Below are positions 1 to 9,447 of a DNA stretch of 64,000 bases, piece by piece. Each line of letters opens with the position of its first letter. The first letter of the stretch is position 1. Below the pieces are notes generated by a model. The model did no database searches and had not been told where the DNA came from. It worked only from the letters and a program-made list of their open reading frames with translations. Source of the DNA: a virus. A program made the position numbers and the translations under genes. The stretch lies in IMG/VR virus record IMGVR_UViG_3300045988_157201. One strand, 5' to 3'.

Positions 1-64
1 TTAAAAAATACATATAAAATACATATCAATTAAAAAGTCAACCAGAAATGAAGTTATATGGTAA

Positions 65-274
65 TGGAAAATACATTACAGAGAAATAATTGATAACACT
101 GAGAAATCAGAACAAGAAGGACTTATTGAAGATTTGGTTCAAATAATAACTGTATTTAGTTGCAAACTACAAGGGAAACGTGCGAACAAAGCAAGAAAAC
201 TTGTAAAGGAATTAATTGATGAAGGTGGTGAAGATAATGATAAAAACAATTCGAGTGATGTTGCTCCCAAATAA
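65..274 (+). pseudogene. tnpA: 3'-terminal remnant of IS607-type serine-recombinase transposase TnpA
   Basis: The frame reads ...EIIDNTEKSEQEGLIEDLVQIITVFSCKLQGKRANKARKLV..., resembling the C-terminus of IS607 TnpA (recalled pattern EELVEDL..I...F..RLYG.R). An in-frame TAA lies at 62-64, and bases 1-64 have stops in all three + frames. Confidence 0.35.
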
Positions 275-1412
275 TAAGCAAAGAACTAAATTATTTCAAT
301 ATGCTAATACTGCTCGTTTTGCTTATAATTGGGCTTTAGGTAGAGAACAAGAAAATTATAAAAATGGTGGTAAATTTATTTCTGATGGAGATTCACGAAA
401 GAAATTTACACAGTTAAAGAAAACAGACGAATATTCATGGCTAAATGAAATATCAAATAATGTAACAAAACAAGCAATTAAAGATGCTTGTAACGCATAC
501 AAGAGATTTTTTAAAGGATATTCAAAATTTCCGAAGTTTAAAAGTCGCAAACACTCGACTTCATCATTTTATCAAGATAATGTTAATGTCCAATTTACAG
601 ATACCCATGTAAAAGTTGAAGGATTTTCCTCTTCTAAAAAGAAGAATAAGCAGAAATTAAATTGGATTCGATTAGTAGAACATGGACACATTCCTGCTGA
701 CTGTAAATACACCAATCCACGTATTAGATACGATGGTATAAATTGGTGGATTACGGTTGGGGTTGAATACGAAGAATCTACTAATCTACCATTAAATGAT
801 GGTATTGGAATTGACTTAGGGATTAAAGATTTGGCAATATGTTCTGATAATAATACATATCAGAATATAAATAAGACACAAAAAGTTAAAAAGTTAGAAA
901 AAAGAAAACGTAGGTTACAACGTTCCATATCAAGAAAATATGAGAAAAATAAGAAAGGAGTAAGTTACTGTAAAACAAGTAACATTATAAAGAGTGAAAA
1001 AGAACTTTTAAAACTAAATCACAGACTATTAAATATTCGTCAGAACTATTTACATCAGACAACATCCGAGATTGTAAAACGAGAACCAAGTTTTATATGT
1101 ATCGAAGATTTAAATGTAAGTGGAATGATGAAAAATAAACATTTATCTAAAGCAGTACAACAACAAGGGTTTTATGAATTTAGGAGACAAATCGAATATA
1201 AATCTAAATGGAATAATATTTCAGTTATTGTTGCAGAAAGGTTTTACCCAAGTTCTAAATTATGTAGTTGCTGTGGGAATATTAAGAAAGATTTGAAGTT
1301 ATCAGACCGTATTTACAAATGTGAATGTGGAAATGTCATTGACAGAGATTATCAAGCTGCTTTAAATCTGAAAAGGTATGGAAAAAATGTTTTGAGACAA
1401 TCTGTGGCATAA
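237..1412 (+). CDS. tnpB: TnpB-family RNA-guided nuclease (OrfB, RuvC-like with zinc finger)
   Basis: N-terminus IKTIRVMLLPNNKQ..ARFAYNWAL. RuvC D (GIDLGIKD), E (ICIEDLNV), CxxC..CxC finger (CSCCG...CECG) and final D (DRDYQAALN). SD AAGGTGGTGA is 5 nt before ATG 237; the ORF track begins at TTG 216. Confidence 0.9.
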   Translation: MIKTIRVMLLPNNKQRTKLFQYANTARFAYNWALGREQENYKNGGKFISDGDSRKKFTQLKKTDEYSWLNEISNNVTKQAIKDACNAYKRFFKGYSKFPKFKSRKHSTSSFYQDNVNVQFTDTHVKVEGFSSSKKKNKQKLNWIRLVEHGHIPADCKYTNPRIRYDGINWWITVGVEYEESTNLPLNDGIGIDLGIKDLAICSDNNTYQNINKTQKVKKLEKRKRRLQRSISRKYEKNKKGVSYCKTSNIIKSEKELLKLNHRLLNIRQNYLHQTTSEIVKREPSFICIEDLNVSGMMKNKHLSKAVQQQGFYEFRRQIEYKSKWNNISVIVAERFYPSSKLCSCCGNIKKDLKLSDRIYKCECGNVIDRDYQAALNLKRYGKNVLRQSVA

Positions 1413-1640
1413 CACCTTTAAGTTAATACAGATATGTACTGATTCGTTAGTCAGGAATTTACGCCTATGGAGTGTACAAGAACTTGTTAGTAGATATTGT
1501 AAAAATACAAATTGAAAGCATACACAGCGAAGTAGGAATGAAACATAAAAGTTTATAACTTTTTATAAGTTTTCAGTAACGGTAAACCGTTGAGTTTCGG
1601 AACCCATTTAAAAACGGGATAATATTAGCAATGAAAGGTG
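1300..1640 (+). ncRNA. predicted TnpB omega/reRNA scaffold region (boundaries unknown)
   Basis: Established TnpB biology: the guide RNA derives from the tnpB 3' end plus the element's right end. No ORF occupies 1413-1630. Only short local hairpins are visible, e.g. AACGGTAAACCGTT around 1578-1591. Confidence 0.25.
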
Positions 1641-1688
1641 GTGAGATAAATTTCAGAGAATTTAAATAATAAAACAGTTGAAGAAATA

Positions 1689-1928
1689 ATGGAGTCACTT
1701 CCAGAAAAGATAAGAGAAACTGTAAAGAATGTGTATGATGCAGCTTACAGAAAAGGTTTAGCAGTTGGTGCATATTCTATTTCAACTATCGTTCTTCAAA
1801 AATTGAGAGAAAATAAAAATCCTGCTTTGGCAAAAGCTAATGCTATTAAATTTCTTATGAATAATAAGAATATAGCAAATTATGAGCAAAACAATAAAGA
1901 AAACAAAATTGAGACAGAGAAAGGATAA
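1689..1928 (+). CDS. hypothetical early protein
   Basis: 79-aa ORF, the first in the co-oriented early array. No recognisable motif and a weak RBS. Confidence 0.45.
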   Translation: MESLPEKIRETVKNVYDAAYRKGLAVGAYSISTIVLQKLRENKNPALAKANAIKFLMNNKNIANYEQNNKENKIETEKG

Positions 1929-1933
1929 TAAAC

Positions 1934-2230
1934 TTGAGAGATTTTACTATTGAGAAAGAGTCAACCTGTAATGGTTGTGCAAATTTGGATTTTAAGTACA
2001 AGCAATGTAGAGCATTGAAAGAAAAACATAGTTTATACGATAAGAACTGTAAAGAAGTATGTACATATGATGTTTTTAGAAATCTTAATTGTTTAACTGT
2101 ACCATCTATGAAAAATGATGGTGAATTTATTACAGTATTAAAAGATAAAAACTGCAAGGGTTATGTACCGAGAAAGAATAAGAAAGTAAAGAATGACGAA
2201 AACAAGAAAGGTGGATGTGTAGTTGAGTAA
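1934..2230 (+). CDS. hypothetical Cys-rich early protein
   Basis: TTG start 8 nt after GAGAAAGGA. Several Cys pairs. Tightly packed with its neighbours. Confidence 0.5.
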   Translation: MRDFTIEKESTCNGCANLDFKYKQCRALKEKHSLYDKNCKEVCTYDVFRNLNCLTVPSMKNDGEFITVLKDKNCKGYVPRKNKKVKNDENKKGGCVVE

Positions 2231-3254
2231 TAATAAGGGTTTGGGTTTGAGACAGACAAAAGGTTATTTTCAGGTAAAAGGCAAAGTAACAGGTGTTGAA
2301 AAGGAAAATTTCTATACAGAAGGTAAATCACGAAATGGAAAAGACTACCGCAGAATTAATTTTGGAGTAGAGTATCAGCCTGATTGTTCGGTATATGTAC
2401 AGCAGTTCGGTATGCCACAGGACTATGTTTATTATTCTAAACAAGAAATAACAGGTAATAAAAAAACAAAAGTAACTGAAAAGGTTAATTGGAGTGATAG
2501 GTTTAAGTCTCCAAAGGACGGCTATAGACTTGTTGGTATTAATTGTGGAGTAGAAAAGATAGTTGATAAAAAGGGAAGCCTTGTAAATAGTAGAAAAAGC
2601 CTTACTCAGTTTGATGCTTGCAAAGAAATTGCAGACCACTTAAAAGATAACGATAGTGTTTTTGTGAAAGGTAATATCACATATTCCACCTATGAGGGTT
2701 CGCATAAAACAAACTTTGATTTTACACAGGTATCTTTGTGTAAAGACGATATTGACTTTGACAACGAAAATTTTAAATCAGAAAATAAATTTAAGCAAGA
2801 AATTGTTTTTATGGGAATAGATAAAAGCAAGGAAATTGACGGAGAATTTATCATCAGCGGTAAGGTTGTAAATTATGATTCGATTGAAGATGTTGAATTA
2901 TATACTCGTGACAACAAGTTAGCAAGTATCTTAAAAAAGAATTGTAAACCATATAATCTTATTGAATTAGGTGGTAATATTTTTGCGGAATTTGGTTCTG
3001 AAAAAGTTGAGAGTGATGATGAATGGGGTGTTGGTATTGAAATGAATAAGGTAAAAGCTCCGTACTCTATTAAACTAATGGTTAATGGTGCTGATAAAAG
3101 TTCTCTTGATACAACTACATATAGCGAAGAAATTATCGAAGAAGCTCTTGTAAAGCAGAAAGTGAATAACACTGCAAAAGCAGAATTTTCAACAAAGACA
3201 AGCAAGTCCAACAGTGATGATTGGGATGATGTTGACGGAGAGGAGTGGAATTAA
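2223..3254 (+). CDS. putative ssDNA-binding protein (OB-fold-like, acidic C-terminal tail)
   Basis: TTG start 7 nt after AAAGGTGGA. The C-terminus SNSDDWDDVDGEEWN resembles SSB acidic tails. Sits next to the recombination ATPase. Confidence 0.35.
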   Translation: MSNNKGLGLRQTKGYFQVKGKVTGVEKENFYTEGKSRNGKDYRRINFGVEYQPDCSVYVQQFGMPQDYVYYSKQEITGNKKTKVTEKVNWSDRFKSPKDGYRLVGINCGVEKIVDKKGSLVNSRKSLTQFDACKEIADHLKDNDSVFVKGNITYSTYEGSHKTNFDFTQVSLCKDDIDFDNENFKSENKFKQEIVFMGIDKSKEIDGEFIISGKVVNYDSIEDVELYTRDNKLASILKKNCKPYNLIELGGNIFAEFGSEKVESDDEWGVGIEMNKVKAPYSIKLMVNGADKSSLDTTTYSEEIIEEALVKQKVNNTAKAEFSTKTSKSNSDDWDDVDGEEWN

Positions 3255-3260
3255 TAATAT

Positions 3261-4406
3261 ATGGTAATTCGTAGAGCAACAGCAATTAAAGAAAAACTTG
3301 GTTTTTTGATTTATGGTAAGCAGGGTACTTGGAAGTCAAGCCTTTGTCTTGAATTTGCAAAAATGAAGAGAGAGGACGGCAAACCATTTAGAGTCCTTTA
3401 TATAGATGCCGAAGCAGGTTCGATTGATAGTTACCTTGATAAACTTACAGAACAGGGTATTGACAGCAGAAATATTTTCATTGCAAGTACACAGTCATTG
3501 ACAGAAGTAAGAGACCTTATAAAAACAGTTTCGGCAAACGAAGAAATTTACTATTTTGATGACGAGGATAATGAAGAAAAAACTGCATTAGACGCAGACG
3601 GCAATATTTTCATTGCTGATGCTATTGTTGTAGATGGATTATCTCTTCTTTACACGGCTCGACAGCAAGGCATTATTGAGTTTTCTAAAAAGAGAGCCAA
3701 TGTTCGTGCTAAGAAGAAAGAAATTATTGGTGAAGAAAAACTTGTAGCCGTTGAAGGTGCAGGCTTAGAACAAAAAGATTATCAGACTCTTAAATTTAAC
3801 GGACAGGCTTTTATCCTTGATTTGCTTGCAAGTGGCAAACATTTTGCGGTAACTTGCAGAGAAGAAGATGTGAAAGAAAATGTAAAGGACAAAGAGGGCA
3901 ATATTAAAACGGTTGCAACAGGCGAGAAAAGACCGCAAGGTTTTAAAGATGTCGCTTATAATGTAAAGACTGTTTTGCATATGTTACAGGACGAAGAAAG
4001 TGGAGATGTAATTGCCCTTGTTGAGGGTAAGGACAGAACTACAATATGTAAGCAAAATGAAATTCTTGAAAATCCGACTCTCTTAACTTGGCAACCTGTA
4101 ATTGACAGAAACAAGAATAAAAAAGATGTTACAACCACAAATGCTTTCAATAAAAGTGTAGATGTTGAAGTTGAAAATATTAAAAATGATTTAATATCTG
4201 ATGATACCGAAGATACAACAGTTACAGAAGTGTCTACTGACGAAATTAAATCAAAAATCAGTTCTACACTTAAAAGTCTGACAAGCACAAAAAAGGCTAA
4301 AGCTAAAAGCCTTATTGAGAAAGCTGAATTACCAGTAAGATATAATACTATTGACAATATAGATACACTCAATAAGTATCTGTCAATTATTGAGTCAGTA
4401 ATTTAA
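3261..4406 (+). CDS. RecA-like / AAA_24 (Sak4-type) ATPase with C-terminal extension
   Basis: Walker A-like LIYGKQGTWKSS, then RVLYIDAEAGS and a Walker B-like IVVDGLSLLY. Confidence 0.5.
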   Translation: MVIRRATAIKEKLGFLIYGKQGTWKSSLCLEFAKMKREDGKPFRVLYIDAEAGSIDSYLDKLTEQGIDSRNIFIASTQSLTEVRDLIKTVSANEEIYYFDDEDNEEKTALDADGNIFIADAIVVDGLSLLYTARQQGIIEFSKKRANVRAKKKEIIGEEKLVAVEGAGLEQKDYQTLKFNGQAFILDLLASGKHFAVTCREEDVKENVKDKEGNIKTVATGEKRPQGFKDVAYNVKTVLHMLQDEESGDVIALVEGKDRTTICKQNEILENPTLLTWQPVIDRNKNKKDVTTTNAFNKSVDVEVENIKNDLISDDTEDTTVTEVSTDEIKSKISSTLKSLTSTKKAKAKSLIEKAELPVRYNTIDNIDTLNKYLSIIESVI

Positions 4407-4407
4407 A

Positions 4408-5070
4408 ATGGCTCTGTCGGTAAAATGTTTTTACTGTAAAGGAAATATAGATTTAAAGCAAAAATATGATGGCAGTTTTGTTTATGACAAAAAGCATTAC
4501 TGCCATTGTCATTGCTTTACTGAATATAAAACTTCTTTAAAAAAAGGTAAAAAAAACATTGATGAATGTGAAAAATATTTAAAAAGTTTAAAACAAAATA
4601 CTCAATTAATAGTTTTAAATGCAAAATGTAATACTTTACTTATAGAATGGTATTGTTTGTTTTTTAGTAAAACAACAATAACACCTTATGCAAGAAAACT
4701 TATATCTCAAGTAGTGAGTGGCGAGTATAAAAATATTAATAAGCCTATTCCAATATATGAACTATATGATATGTTTCGACTTAAAGCTGCCGAATTAAAA
4801 GGTATTAATACAACATTAATATCAAAAAATAAGCAAAGAGGTATTAGGTGTAATGTAGATAGTATATTCGCTTATGATATAGCTGTAATTGTTAATCAAT
4901 ATGACGATTATGTTCAATGGAAAGAAAACATTAAGCAAGATAAATTAAATCGTAAACGAATGATAGAACAAAGGTTAAATGATAAAATTGATTATAGTTT
5001 ATACAAGAATTATCATAAACAAAGTAATAAAACTATCTTTGATATAAGTTCAGTTATAGATGAGATTTAA
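4408..5070 (+). CDS. hypothetical protein with N-terminal zinc-finger-like Cys/His cluster
   Basis: CFYCKG...HYCHCHC. Lies upstream of the helicase, so could be a loader or organiser (inference only). Confidence 0.45.
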   Translation: MALSVKCFYCKGNIDLKQKYDGSFVYDKKHYCHCHCFTEYKTSLKKGKKNIDECEKYLKSLKQNTQLIVLNAKCNTLLIEWYCLFFSKTTITPYARKLISQVVSGEYKNINKPIPIYELYDMFRLKAAELKGINTTLISKNKQRGIRCNVDSIFAYDIAVIVNQYDDYVQWKENIKQDKLNRKRMIEQRLNDKIDYSLYKNYHKQSNKTIFDISSVIDEI

Positions 5071-5125
5071 AAAAATAACAAGATAGATTATACAAAATAA
5101 GAATAAAGACAGGCGGTGCTATTTT

Positions 5126-6670
5126 ATTACAGAGGACAAAGAAATAAAATTAAATAATATACAAAATGAGATATTATTCGTTGGGGCAATTTACAAACAA
5201 CCTGCATTGCTTGTTGAGTATTCAACGCAAATCAGGAGTAAATATGATTTTTCCGATGAAGTAACAAGATTTTTTTATGACAACGCAGAAGTTGTTTACA
5301 AAAACAGAAGCCAAATGTTTGATAACGCAATTATTACTACATATATGACTGAAGATAACGAGCGTTATAAAAAATATATTAATTATGGTGGTTGGGCTAC
5401 AATTCAAAAATGGATAGATTTAGCCTTGCCTGAAAATGCCAAATCCTATGCAGAGGTTATAAAGAAGTATTCATTGTTAAGAGAATATGACAGAAAAGGT
5501 TTTGATGTAAGTAAGATTGTTTCTCATCCTAAGTTTGAATCTTGGAGTTCAAGTGATATACCAAGACTTGTAAGGTCAAAAATAGATAGGGTTTCTACTG
5601 TCATTTTAGGTAATGCCGAAACAGAAATATTAAATTCTAATATTAAAGAAATGATACTAAAAAGACTTGAAATACCAGATATGGGTGTATCAGTTCCTTA
5701 TCCTTTGTGGAATAAAATGTTTAGAGGGTTAAAGACTGAATCACTGATGTGTGTTGGTATGAGGTCAAATGACGGTAAATCAAGATTTATGTTTAAGTTA
5801 ATTGCTTATTTGGCGTTATATCAGAAACAACAAGTTTGTGTATTACTCAATGAAATGTCTATTGAGAATATGAAATTTTGTTTGTTGACAACAGTAATTA
5901 ACAATAAAGAATTTGAAGAATTACACGGAATACATATTACCAAAAAGGAACGAGAAATCACTCTTGGCTTATATAAAGACGGTAAAGGTGAATTTGTTAT
6001 CAGAAAGCAAAATGCTGACGGTGAATTTATTGAAAGCTATGAAGATTATTACACAAGAGTAACAAATCAATCAACAGAATTTGAGAATATTCTTAAAGTG
6101 GCTGATTGGATTGAAAAGGAAAGCAAAGGTTTGATTTTTGCTGTTGATATGGTATCAGCTTACGATAACCAAACACTTGAACTTGAAATTCGTAAACAAA
6201 ATATGATTACTCAAACAAAATACTTCTTTTATGATACATTAAAAGATACTGACAGTACAGTAGGGGATTGGACAGGACTAAAAATCACTACGACTATGCT
6301 GTCAGAATTAACAAGGCAGCTTGATATTTTTATTTACTGTTCGATACAGCTTACTGATGATACCAACTTTGTAAAACCAGAGGAACTATGTTCTTCAAAT
6401 ATTGCAAATTGTAAACAATTAAAGCATATATTAGACTCATTGGTTTTATTTAAATCGGTAGATTTAAAAGATTATAATAAATATAAGTATCTTGTCTATG
6501 ATTCGGAATGGGGAGATTTTGGAGAGAAAGAGCTTGATACTTCTAAAAAATATTATATTGGTGTGACCGATAAAAACAGAGTTGGTAATAAATATAAAAT
6601 GGTATATCAAGTTGACCTTGATACCAACGAATGGTATGAAATGGGGCAATTAGTAATAACAGGAAGATAG
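5126..6670 (+). CDS. DnaB-like replicative helicase
   Basis: RecA-fold core LMCVGMRSNDGKSRFMFKLIAYLAL...LLNEMSIENM. The DnaB-like N-terminal text NEILFVGAIYKQPALL lies upstream of the first canonical start (TTG 5207). Candidate ATT start at 5126 is 7 nt after AGGCGGTG. The frame opens at 5087. Confidence 0.75.
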   Translation: MTEDKEIKLNNIQNEILFVGAIYKQPALLVEYSTQIRSKYDFSDEVTRFFYDNAEVVYKNRSQMFDNAIITTYMTEDNERYKKYINYGGWATIQKWIDLALPENAKSYAEVIKKYSLLREYDRKGFDVSKIVSHPKFESWSSSDIPRLVRSKIDRVSTVILGNAETEILNSNIKEMILKRLEIPDMGVSVPYPLWNKMFRGLKTESLMCVGMRSNDGKSRFMFKLIAYLALYQKQQVCVLLNEMSIENMKFCLLTTVINNKEFEELHGIHITKKEREITLGLYKDGKGEFVIRKQNADGEFIESYEDYYTRVTNQSTEFENILKVADWIEKESKGLIFAVDMVSAYDNQTLELEIRKQNMITQTKYFFYDTLKDTDSTVGDWTGLKITTTMLSELTRQLDIFIYCSIQLTDDTNFVKPEELCSSNIANCKQLKHILDSLVLFKSVDLKDYNKYKYLVYDSEWGDFGEKELDTSKKYYIGVTDKNRVGNKYKMVYQVDLDTNEWYEMGQLVITGR

Positions 6671-6684
6671 TAGGTGAATAATAA

Positions 6685-7707
6685 GTGGAAGTTCAAAGGC
6701 TAAAAGAATATATAATAAATAATGATTTAATATATAAAGTTTTAGAAAAAATTGGTTGTCATAGCATTAAAAATAAAGGGGAATATTATCAATGTGCTAA
6801 TCCGGACGGAGACAACCAAACAGCTATTACTGTATATAAAGATAGTCTAAATGTTATTGATTACACAAGAAATATTGAACAGAATAATACTTCTGATATT
6901 TTTAGTTTAGTTATGTTTTTTCAGAAATGTAATTTTTTTCAATCTATGCAATTTGTATGTTCTTGTGTTGGAATAGATTATTACTATGATTTTGATAAAG
7001 AACTTCCTGAAAGTTTAAAAATTACTAAGCTGTTATTTGAATTAAGTAATTGTTCTATACAAAGCGAAGAGGAAAATCCTGTAAAGCCTATAAGTGAAAA
7101 AATTTTATCTTATTATTTTCCTTATGTCAATGATATGTTTTGCGAAGATAATATTGATTATGAAACGCAACAATTATTTGAAGTCGGGTTTGATTGTGAA
7201 ACAAATAGAATAACTATTCCAATCCGTGATGAAATAGGTACTTTGGTAGGAGTTAAGGGGAGATACTTCTACCGAGAAGTTCCTGATGAAGTAAACAAGT
7301 ATTTATACATTGAACCTTGCTCGAAAGGTCAAATATTATATGGTCTTAATGTTACATATGACTATATAAAAGAAGAAAACACAGTTTATGTAGTAGAGTC
7401 TGAAAAAAGTGTTATGCAAATGTTTTCAAATGGTTATAGAAATGTTGTAGCTACTTCTGGCAAAAAAATAACTAAAACTCAAATACATAAATTATCAAGA
7501 TTATGTGGTAATATAGTGTTTCTATTTGATAAAGATGTGGGTATTTCTGAATTACAAGGGATAGCAGATAAGTTTATTAATGGAATAAACCTTTATGCAG
7601 TTATTGATGAGGGCGGTGTTTTAGGGGAGAAAGAATCACCCTCTGATAACTACATAAAATTAAAACAGTTATTAAATGATAAGAAAAACATAATAAATTT
7701 GAGGTGA
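6685..7707 (+). CDS. DNA primase (TOPRIM domain)
   Basis: TOPRIM Glu (VYVVESEKSVMQ) and DxD (FLFDKD). N-terminal Cys/His cluster. GTG start after AGGTGA. Confidence 0.7.
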   Translation: MEVQRLKEYIINNDLIYKVLEKIGCHSIKNKGEYYQCANPDGDNQTAITVYKDSLNVIDYTRNIEQNNTSDIFSLVMFFQKCNFFQSMQFVCSCVGIDYYYDFDKELPESLKITKLLFELSNCSIQSEEENPVKPISEKILSYYFPYVNDMFCEDNIDYETQQLFEVGFDCETNRITIPIRDEIGTLVGVKGRYFYREVPDEVNKYLYIEPCSKGQILYGLNVTYDYIKEENTVYVVESEKSVMQMFSNGYRNVVATSGKKITKTQIHKLSRLCGNIVFLFDKDVGISELQGIADKFINGINLYAVIDEGGVLGEKESPSDNYIKLKQLLNDKKNIINLR

Positions 7708-7713
7708 TAAAAA

Positions 7714-9447
7714 ATAAGTAACAAATTAAAATATAAATTAATTGAGAATAGTAAAAATGATTTGAATAATATAATTGATACAGTTCTAAAAAATAGAGGT
7801 ATTGATAATATTAATGAATATCTTTCTTTGACAGATAAAGTTTTATATTCTTATAAATTATTTAAGAATATAGACAAGGCTGTTCAATGTTTTAATAAAC
7901 ATACTGATAATAACAGTAATATCCATATTGTTGTTGATTCTGATGTTGATGGTTATACTTCGGGTGCTATTATGTATTCTTATATTAATGACTTGTTTCC
8001 AAATTGCAGATTGTCTTATTCTCTACATACAAAGAAACAACACGGTTTAACTAATGATATAGAAATACCAAAAGATATTGAATTATTAATTATTCCTGAT
8101 GCAAGCAGTAATGATATTGAAGAATGTAAAAAGCTGAAAGAAAACAATTCAAATCTTGATATTATAATTTTAGACCATCATATTATTGAGCAGGATAATC
8201 CTTATGCTATTGTTGTTAATAGCAATGACGGTGTTTATCCTAACAAAGAATTATCTGGTGTCGGAGTAGTATATAAATTTTTACAGGCTCTTGATGATGT
8301 AAACCTTGAGGATAAAGCTAATAACTATCTTGACTTAGTAGCTTTGGGCAACATTGCAGATATGATGGACATAAGAGTGTATGAAACTAAAAGGCTGATA
8401 GATAAAGGATTGATTCATAAAAACATAAAAAATAAAGTTTTTCGTACATTTATTGAGCGACAACGAGACACTATTCATAATAATGTGTCAATTCATAACA
8501 TTCAGTTTTATATTGTTCCGTTAATTAATGCAATGATTAGAATGGGCAGACAAGAAGAAAAGGAATTAATGTTCAAATCTTTTATAGAGCAAGATGAATA
8601 CTTCGATTACAAAAAGCGTGGTTCAAATGAAATTGTAAAAGAGGATATTTATACAAGAGTGGCTCGTTTTTGTAGTAATACTAAGACAAGACAACAAACA
8701 GCAGTTACCAAAGCTATGTGTGAGATTGAGCCGTTAATTGATAAAAATACAGATAAGGTTTTGTTTATTAATGTAAGTAAAATTCTTGCTGATACCTTGA
8801 CAGGTGTGTTAGCTACTAAGATTGCTGAAAAATATCAAAAACCAACTCTTTGTCTTAGAAAAACTAAAACGAAAGGTTTATATGGCGGTTCAGGTAGAAA
8901 TTATAAAAATAGTTCTATCAATAGTCTAAAGGATGTTTTAACTGATACAAGCTGCTTTGAAATGATACAAGGTCACGGCAATGCTTTCGGTTTAGAAATT
9001 GTTTCAAACAACATTAAAAATGCAATAAGCACTTTAAATAATCTTAATATTGACAGCGGTAACACTTGTAAGTTTTGTGACTTTATTATTCAGTCAGATG
9101 ACTTAACCATTGAAACAATGAAAAGGTTGTCTGATGTAAGCAATTATTGCGGTCAAAATATAGACGAACCTTTGATTGCTATTGAAAATATCGAATTAAG
9201 TAGAGAACAGCTTAAAATAATGGGGAAACTTGGTAATAGTTGGAAGTTTGAAACTGACAGTGGTGTTAATATTGTGAAATTTAATGTTGATTTAAAAACT
9301 GATGAAGTTCTTAACTCATTTGATGATTTTAGTGACTATGAAACCTTGCTTATAAACGCTGTTGGCAAGGCTAATATCAATTATTACCAAGGCATAGCTA
9401 CCTGCCAATTTATTATTGACGATTATGAGGTGGTGAATAAGTGGTAA
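7714..9447 (+). CDS. RecJ-like DHH-family ssDNA exonuclease
   Basis: DHH motifs HIVVDSDVDGYTSG, IILDHH and GNIADMMD. SD GAGGTGA 7701-7707 then ATA 7714 in frame. The first canonical start, TTG 7762, has no SD. Confidence 0.7.
   Translation: MSNKLKYKLIENSKNDLNNIIDTVLKNRGIDNINEYLSLTDKVLYSYKLFKNIDKAVQCFNKHTDNNSNIHIVVDSDVDGYTSGAIMYSYINDLFPNCRLSYSLHTKKQHGLTNDIEIPKDIELLIIPDASSNDIEECKKLKENNSNLDIIILDHHIIEQDNPYAIVVNSNDGVYPNKELSGVGVVYKFLQALDDVNLEDKANNYLDLVALGNIADMMDIRVYETKRLIDKGLIHKNIKNKVFRTFIERQRDTIHNNVSIHNIQFYIVPLINAMIRMGRQEEKELMFKSFIEQDEYFDYKKRGSNEIVKEDIYTRVARFCSNTKTRQQTAVTKAMCEIEPLIDKNTDKVLFINVSKILADTLTGVLATKIAEKYQKPTLCLRKTKTKGLYGGSGRNYKNSSINSLKDVLTDTSCFEMIQGHGNAFGLEIVSNNIKNAISTLNNLNIDSGNTCKFCDFIIQSDDLTIETMKRLSDVSNYCGQNIDEPLIAIENIELSREQLKIMGKLGNSWKFETDSGVNIVKFNVDLKTDEVLNSFDDFSDYETLLINAVGKANINYYQGIATCQFIIDDYEVVNKW

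Larger units (their letters stand above)
1..1640 (+). mobile_element. IS607/IS1341-type insertion element (tnpA remnant + tnpB + non-coding 3' tail); left part decayed or outside window, right boundary approximate
   Basis: The tnpA-like 3' end overlaps the tnpB start by about 38 nt, as in IS607. tnpB is intact. About 230 nt of non-coding tail precedes the first phage ORF. Confidence 0.5.
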
